NCBI RefSeq assembly: GCF_054482525.1
Contig: NZ_CM137006.1
DNA length: 64,000 nucleotides
Strand: one strand, 5' to 3'
The notes under the pieces were generated by a model that had not been told where the DNA came from, did no database searches, and saw only the letters and a list, made by a program, of their open reading frames with translations. How positions within the stretch are numbered: position 1 is the stretch's first letter; every line of letters starts with the position of its first letter. This document shows, piece after piece, positions 57,973-64,000 of this stretch. The translations under genes and the position numbers were made by a program.

Positions 57973-58220
57973 TATTTATTCTCCAGCCATGGAAGTAGAG
58001 TTTCCATTAATTGCGCAGGGGTTTTGACATCCAGCAGAATATTAATAGGAATGGAAATATCGAATCTGTCTTCCAGCATCATTAAGAGATCCATCACTTT
58101 GATCGACTCCAGGCCAAGATCGTTGACGAGATCGCTGTCGGGCTTAATTTCCACACCGTTTTCGACCAAATCCTGTAAACAGGAAAGGATGTAATCCATT
58201 ACTATTTCACGATTTACCAT
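57972..58220 (-). CDS. Acyl carrier protein-like
   Basis: 82-aa acidic ORF with DLGLESIK phosphopantetheine-site-like motif. Confidence 0.7.
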   Translation of the reverse strand: MVNREIVMDYILSCLQDLVENGVEIKPDSDLVNDLGLESIKVMDLLMMLEDRFDISIPINILLDVKTPAQLMETLLPWLENK

Positions 58221-58251
58221 AGAAACGTTAACACACCTTTAAACAAGACAA

Positions 58252-59166
58252 TCAAAATAGCCCGTTGCGTAATGCGTGTTCCAGGCTAATCCCGGGAAAC
58301 CAATTAATATCTTCAGAAATACGGTTATTACTTGCCGACCAGTCGGCGTGGGTTAATTCACGAATTTTCGAGCGGGTCAGCATAGGTTCTTTACCTGCCA
58401 GGCGACTCAACGCGGTACTGATATCCGCAAGGCCGGTGAGTACCGGCAGAGGAATGCCAACCATTCGCACGGAACCGCAACGGGCGTCGGCGGCAAGTTG
58501 CTGTACGCGTTGCCAGTCATAGCCGCCGACGACGCCATCGCATAATTCATAGGTTTGCGTCTGTATAGTTTCGGCGCTTAACCACTGACCCACTGCTTGC
58601 GCGAAATCGGTGACGTGCAGAAAAGAGAGCTGTGTATCTGGCGCACCAAGTCGTGGCAGCAGGCCGCGCAGCATCCAGTCAAACAGCGGTTTTAACTCTT
58701 TATCGCCGGGACCATACACGGCTGTCGGGCGAAAAACGCCCAGCGTAATTTCGTCCGCCATTGCTGCCAGTCGTTGCTCGGCGACGTATTTGGATTTTGC
58801 ATACCAGGAGAGCTCGGGATGGCGCGCCGCCAGCGAAGAGATAAACAGAAAACGTTGGCAAAAGCCGCTCTCTTTTGCTGCTTGCATCAGGCGCAGGCTG
58901 CCGTCAACGTTACAGCGGGTGAAAATCTCTTCTTTGTGCCCGCGCACTTGCCCGGCGCAATGGACCACTACGCTGGCTCCGGCAACCAGCTCGCTAAGTG
59001 AATGAGTATCTTCCAGCGAACCGCGCACCCAGGTGAGATTATCATTGACGTGAGCGCGGGCAGTACGCGTCAATGCGCGAACGTGAAAGCCGCGGGCGAG
59101 CAGGTTATCGATAATATATTTACCGATAAACCCGGTAGCGCCCGTCACCGCGACAGTTTGATTCAT
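58252..59166 (-). CDS. NAD(P)-dependent epimerase/dehydratase-family reductase (extended SDR)
   Basis: 304-aa ORF with N-terminal GATGFIG Rossmann motif and YxxxK; 4-nt overlap with upstream ligase gene. Confidence 0.8.
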   Translation of the reverse strand: MNQTVAVTGATGFIGKYIIDNLLARGFHVRALTRTARAHVNDNLTWVRGSLEDTHSLSELVAGASVVVHCAGQVRGHKEEIFTRCNVDGSLRLMQAAKESGFCQRFLFISSLAARHPELSWYAKSKYVAEQRLAAMADEITLGVFRPTAVYGPGDKELKPLFDWMLRGLLPRLGAPDTQLSFLHVTDFAQAVGQWLSAETIQTQTYELCDGVVGGYDWQRVQQLAADARCGSVRMVGIPLPVLTGLADISTALSRLAGKEPMLTRSKIRELTHADWSASNNRISEDINWFPGISLEHALRNGLF

Positions 59167-60914
59167 GCCAGGGATTCCTGCACATTAAGACTGGCAGCAT
59201 AAGCCTTCTGATAACGTTTTTTCGCTTCCGCACGGGCAGGCTTGCCGGAGGACGTTCGGGGAATACTGTGGGGCGGCAACAGATCGATAGCCGCGGTCAC
59301 GCCAAATTCGCTTTGGATCCGTGCCGCCAGCGCGTGGATAAGCTGCCCGCGACGTTCTTCGTCGCTGATCCGACACTGGATCTGCAAAATGATTTTTTCC
59401 TGGGCGGTAACAAAAGCAATCGCATCGCCAGAATGAATTTCCGGTTCCTGTTCCGCTATATATTCAATATCCTGCGGCCAGATATTACGGCCACGAATAA
59501 TAATCAGATCTTTAATGCGTCCGGTGACATACAGATAACCGTCCAGCAGATAACCGAGGTCGCCGGTGTCTAACCAGCCCGTCGCGGCAATCTCGTCTTG
59601 CGAAACCTGGTCGCCAAAGTAACCGCTCATCAGACTGGGACCGGAGATGCAAATATGGCCTACCACACGTTCCGCGACCGGCATACCTGCTTCATTGCGG
59701 ATTTCAATACCATGTTCCGGCAACGCTTTGCCGCAGTTGACGAAAGTCGATACGGCGCGTGTCTCTGCACCCGGCGCGACGGCTTTACCCTGATATTCGA
59801 GGATGTCGCGATCCACTTCGTTAACCACAACCCCGGAGGCTTCATCAGAGAAGCTGACAGCCAGCGCATTTTCTGCCAGTCCGTAGCACGGCATGAAAGT
59901 TTTATCGTCAAAGTTGACCTGACGGAAACATTCAGCGAATTGATGGAGTTGTTCTGCGGAGATGGGTTCTGCACCAATACCAGCGACGCGCCAGCAGGAA
60001 AGATCCAGTTCAGCGAGATCTTTTTCATTCACGCGGCGCTGGCACAATTCATAGCCAAACGGCGGCGCAACGGAAACGGTGCCGCGATTTTTACTGATCA
60101 ATTTAAGCCATTGCAGAGGACGCATGGCAAAATCCTGAGTGCGCAAATAATCTACTGAGAGTTGCGTGGCGACGGGGGTCAGGAGAAAGCCGACCAGTCC
60201 CATATCATGGTAGAAAGGCAGCCAGGAGACGCAGCGGTCGCCAGGGCGTAATTTTATGCCATCGTGGCTTATAGCACGTAGATTAGCCATCACTTCGCGA
60301 TGGGTGATAATGACGCCACGGGGAAAACGGGTGCTGCCGGAGGTGTACTGGAGGTAGGCGATATCGTTCGGAACTGGACGCTGGAGCGCAACATCGGCTT
60401 CCGGTAATGCCTTAAACCAGGCGTGGCTTAAAACATGTAATTCGGGGTTGTTGTTATGCGTCGCGGCATTGACCAGTGGCAACCACTCATCACCAGTGAT
60501 AATGGCTGCGGGCTGGCAACTTGCCAGTAAACCCTGCAGCTTGGCGCTCCAGGAATCCCGCTGACCGACGCCCATGGGAATCGCCAACGGGACGGCGACT
60601 AAGCCGGCATACTGGCAGGCAAAAAAAGCCTCTACGAACCCGCTACTGGTTTCGGCAATCAGTGCCACGCGATCGCCTTTTTTCAGGTTTAGCGATAACA
60701 ACCGCTTCGCACCAGCTTCGGCACGCGCTTTTAACGTCTGATATTCCAGTTGATCTTCAAGTTGGCAACGTCTGTCATAAAAATTCATTCCAGCGCTACT
60801 CAGAGCGGCATAGTCCAAAGCATCAACCAGCGTTGGAAAATCGGCATAGCGCATAGGTAGGGAATGCGTAAAGATTTTATTAGACATATACACCACGAAA
60901 AAATTGGATATCAA
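59163..60914 (-). CDS. Fatty acyl-AMP ligase / acyl-CoA synthetase family (start uncertain: M1 at 60914 or M10 at 60887)
   Basis: 583-aa ORF with AMP-binding core YTSGSTRFPRG and C-terminal SSGK; resembles FAAL enzymes. Confidence 0.8.
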   Translation of the reverse strand: MISNFFVVYMSNKIFTHSLPMRYADFPTLVDALDYAALSSAGMNFYDRRCQLEDQLEYQTLKARAEAGAKRLLSLNLKKGDRVALIAETSSGFVEAFFACQYAGLVAVPLAIPMGVGQRDSWSAKLQGLLASCQPAAIITGDEWLPLVNAATHNNNPELHVLSHAWFKALPEADVALQRPVPNDIAYLQYTSGSTRFPRGVIITHREVMANLRAISHDGIKLRPGDRCVSWLPFYHDMGLVGFLLTPVATQLSVDYLRTQDFAMRPLQWLKLISKNRGTVSVAPPFGYELCQRRVNEKDLAELDLSCWRVAGIGAEPISAEQLHQFAECFRQVNFDDKTFMPCYGLAENALAVSFSDEASGVVVNEVDRDILEYQGKAVAPGAETRAVSTFVNCGKALPEHGIEIRNEAGMPVAERVVGHICISGPSLMSGYFGDQVSQDEIAATGWLDTGDLGYLLDGYLYVTGRIKDLIIIRGRNIWPQDIEYIAEQEPEIHSGDAIAFVTAQEKIILQIQCRISDEERRGQLIHALAARIQSEFGVTAAIDLLPPHSIPRTSSGKPARAEAKKRYQKAYAASLNVQESLA

Positions 60915-61257
60915 AAATAAAATGACAATAATGCGGTGGATTATATAGGCATAAAAGATAAATGAGATAGTATTTTCATCAGTGTGAAAATGAACATTGA
61001 TTTAAATAATGAATTTGAGTTTTTTGTTTTTATTGTGAATGATATTTAATTTATGAATATATTAAGAAGGAGCCTTGTCCGGTCGCCTTAAATCGACAAA
61101 AGGCATTGTGGCGCTTCTGTGTAGTCTCTGACCTTATCGTAATCATTAATAAATACTATTTATTCGTCGTTTGTATTCATTGGGTTGATTATTAAGGTGC
61201 CGTTCGTTGCTGTTGCAACCTGTTTGTCACCGTTAATTATTTGTTACCCACAGAACT

Positions 61258-62400
61258 ATGGAATGCGATCTGCTGATGATTAAAATTGAAAAAGTAATTA
61301 ATAAAAATGACCTTAAGGCATTTATCGCTTTTCCGTCATCACTTTATCCCGACGATCCAAACTGGATACCCCCTTTATTCATTGAACGCAACGAGCATTT
61401 GTCTGCGAAAAATCCGGGGACGGACCATATCATCTGGCAGGCGTGGGTGGCAAAAAAAGCGGGGCAGATAGTTGGGCGTATTACCGCGCAAATAGATACC
61501 TTGCACCGCGAGCGTTACGGCAAAGATACCGGTCATTTCGGCATGATTGACGCCATTGATGATCCGCAGGTTTTTGCCGCGTTGTTTGGCGCAGCGGAAG
61601 CGTGGTTGAAGTCACAAGGTGCAAGTAAGATCAGCGGGCCTTTCAGCCTGAATATCAATCAGGAAAGCGGATTACTGATTGAAGGTTTTGACACTCCGCC
61701 CTGTGCGATGATGCCACACGGCAAACCGTGGTATGCCGCGCATATTGAACAACTGGGTTATCACAAAGGCATTGATTTACTGGCGTGGTGGATGCAGCGA
61801 ACCGATCTCACTTTCTCTCCGGCGCTAAAAAAACTGATGGATCAGGTGCGCAAAAAGGTGACCATTCGCTGCATCAATCGTCAGCGGTTTGCCGAAGAGA
61901 TGCAGATCCTGCGTGAGATTTTCAACTCTGGCTGGCAGCACAACTGGGGATTTGTGCCGTTTACCGAACATGAATTCGCGACCATGGGCGATCAACTTAA
62001 ATATCTGGTGCCGGACGATATGATCTATATCGCTGAGATTGATTCTGCACCCTGCGCGTTTATTGTCGGCTTGCCGAACATCAACGAGGCGATTGCCGAT
62101 CTGAACGGATCGCTCTTTCCCTTCGGCTGGGCAAAATTGCTGTGGCGTTTGAAAGTCAGCGGTGTGCGAACTGCGCGAGTACCGCTGATGGGCGTGCGCG
62201 ACGAGTATCAGTTCAGCCGCATCGGCCCGGTGATTGCGCTGTTATTGATTGAAGCCTTACGCGATCCGTTTGCCCGCCGGAAGATCGATGCGCTGGAGAT
62301 GTCATGGATCCTCGAAACCAATACAGGCATGAATAACATGCTGGAACGCATTGGGGCGGAGCCGTACAAGCGTTACCGATTGTATGAAAAGCAAATTTAA
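61258..62400 (+). CDS. yghO: YghO family protein, intact (function unknown; possible N-acyltransferase-like fold)
   Basis: 380-aa ORF recognised as YghO; divergent from ligase operon. Confidence 0.7.
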   Translation: MECDLLMIKIEKVINKNDLKAFIAFPSSLYPDDPNWIPPLFIERNEHLSAKNPGTDHIIWQAWVAKKAGQIVGRITAQIDTLHRERYGKDTGHFGMIDAIDDPQVFAALFGAAEAWLKSQGASKISGPFSLNINQESGLLIEGFDTPPCAMMPHGKPWYAAHIEQLGYHKGIDLLAWWMQRTDLTFSPALKKLMDQVRKKVTIRCINRQRFAEEMQILREIFNSGWQHNWGFVPFTEHEFATMGDQLKYLVPDDMIYIAEIDSAPCAFIVGLPNINEAIADLNGSLFPFGWAKLLWRLKVSGVRTARVPLMGVRDEYQFSRIGPVIALLLIEALRDPFARRKIDALEMSWILETNTGMNNMLERIGAEPYKRYRLYEKQI

Positions 62401-62406
62401 TACCAG

Positions 62407-63171
62407 CTAACTCAGGTTCATCTCCAGCGGCACCGCCGAGCGAATCAAATGGTGGCCTTCCAGCTCGATATCGTGGAGATTCTTTTTCACGGTCCGCACA
62501 TGATCGCGTGCTGCGCGCTGGGCGACGTGCGGCAGCCGCTGCAACACCGCGTTGTAGATCCGCGCATGCTGGCGATCGATCTGCTTTTTTTGCTGTGGTC
62601 GATGGTAGAGATTATTTACGCTGGCAAACACTGAATTAAACATCAGATCGGTCAATGATTGCAGCGTAAACACCAGCACCTGATTGTGAGAAGCCTGACA
62701 AATGGCGAGATGGAAAGCGTGATCCAACTGCGCATGTTCGATCAGCGAAATCTCTTTGTTATTCTCACTGGCGGCGAGCATTTTTTCATAACAGCGAGTT
62801 ATCACAACAAAATCAGCCTGCGTTCCCAGCGTTGCCGCCAGCCTTGCCGATTCGCCCTCCAGTAATGCGCGAACGTCGAGCAGATCGTACAGCGTTCGCG
62901 GCTGCGTGCTGAACAGATGAATTAGCGGGCTGGTGTCCTGCACCCGATTAAGCCGTGCGACACGAGAATCGCGACCCTGCGCCGTTTCAATAATCCCGCG
63001 CCCGCGCAGCACGGTCAGCCCTTCACGCAGTGCGGAGCGTGAGAAGCCGAGCTTTTCACACAGTCGACGTTCCGAGGGAAGCGGCTGACCGACCTTCAGT
63101 ACGCCGTCGATAATTAACCGTTCGATACTCTCTGCAACCACTTCGCAAATAGGGCGACGTTCATCTTTCAT
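62407..63171 (-). CDS. glcC: GntR/FadR-family glycolate regulator
   Basis: ORF track 62407..63231; start trimmed to MKDERRPICEVV (254 aa). Confidence 0.9.
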   Translation of the reverse strand: MKDERRPICEVVAESIERLIIDGVLKVGQPLPSERRLCEKLGFSRSALREGLTVLRGRGIIETAQGRDSRVARLNRVQDTSPLIHLFSTQPRTLYDLLDVRALLEGESARLAATLGTQADFVVITRCYEKMLAASENNKEISLIEHAQLDHAFHLAICQASHNQVLVFTLQSLTDLMFNSVFASVNNLYHRPQQKKQIDRQHARIYNAVLQRLPHVAQRAARDHVRTVKKNLHDIELEGHHLIRSAVPLEMNLS

Positions 63172-63421
63172 TCCCGGACCTCGTGCACAGGTAGGACCAA
63201 TTTTTCTGTTCTTAACTCGCAAAACACGCACATCACGTAAGTGATTATGTTACATCAATTTAACATTGAGTTAACCAAGACAAGGTCACAGAGCTGGAAA
63301 AAAAATGGTCTGACCGGTAGCTAAAGAGATAGACGAAAACGAAAAGCCCGCTTAATAACTGTTCACAGAAGCAGCGCGCAAAAATCAGCTGCCACACAAC
63401 ACAACAAAGCGAAGCCTACTC

Positions 63422-64000
63422 ATGAGCATCTTGTACGAAGAGCGTCTTGATGGCGCTTTACCCGATGTCGACCGCACATCGGTACTGATGGCACTGCGTG
63501 AGCATGTCCCTGGACTTGAGATCCTGCATACCGATGAGGAGATCATTCCTTACGAGTGTGACGGGTTGAGCGCGTATCGCACGCGTCCATTACTGGTTGT
63601 TCTGCCTAAGCAGATGGAACAGGTGACGGCGATTCTGGCTGTCTGCCACCGCCTGCGTGTGCCGGTGGTGACCCGTGGTGCAGGCACCGGGCTTTCTGGT
63701 GGCGCGCTGCCGCTGGAAAAAGGTGTGTTGTTGGTGATGGCGCGCTTTAAAGAGATCCTCGACATTAACCCCGTTGGTCGCCGCGCGCGCGTGCAGCCGG
63801 GCGTGCGTAACCTGGCGATCTCCCAGGCCGTTGCGCCGCATAATCTCTATTACGCGCCGGATCCTTCCTCACAAATCGCCTGCTCGATTGGCGGCAATGT
63901 GGCGGAAAATGCCGGCGGCGTCCACTGCCTGAAATATGGTCTGACCGTACATAACCTGCTGAAAATTGAAGTGCAAACGCTGGATGGCGAGGCGCTGACG
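63422..64000 (+). CDS. glcD: Glycolate oxidase FAD-binding subunit (partial, 5' part)
   Basis: ORF from ATG 63422 translating MSILYEERLDGALPDV...; runs off window end. Confidence 0.9.
   Translation, partial: MSILYEERLDGALPDVDRTSVLMALREHVPGLEILHTDEEIIPYECDGLSAYRTRPLLVVLPKQMEQVTAILAVCHRLRVPVVTRGAGTGLSGGALPLEKGVLLVMARFKEILDINPVGRRARVQPGVRNLAISQAVAPHNLYYAPDPSSQIACSIGGNVAENAGGVHCLKYGLTVHNLLKIEVQTLDGEALT

Overview
This window is a contiguous stretch of Escherichia coli chromosome, syntenic with the K-12 ygiD–tolC–parE–qseBC–parC–ftsP–metC–exbBD–hyb–gss–pitB–glcCD region in reverse orientation. All gene names rest on my recognition of the translated ORFs and on gene order; no database search was run. 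Most of the window is conserved core genome and I found no convincingly undescribed system. The parts worth a second look are strain-specific: (1) an assT-dsbL-dsbI operon behind a long AT-rich leader; (2) a TonB-dependent receptor plus ABC importer island whose last gene is an RpiR/MurR-type regulator; (3) ygiS broken by a single in-frame TAA; (4) ygiV directly abutting ygiS, with no room for mqsRA; (5) an IS1 copy without target-site duplication that joins a 39-codon yghS stub to a 29-codon stub of an alpha-oxoamine-synthase-like gene; (6) the surviving acyl-AMP ligase / epimerase-reductase / ACP operon next to an intact yghO, a lipid-type pathway with no assigned product that I know of. No rRNA, tRNA or CRISPR array was recognised.
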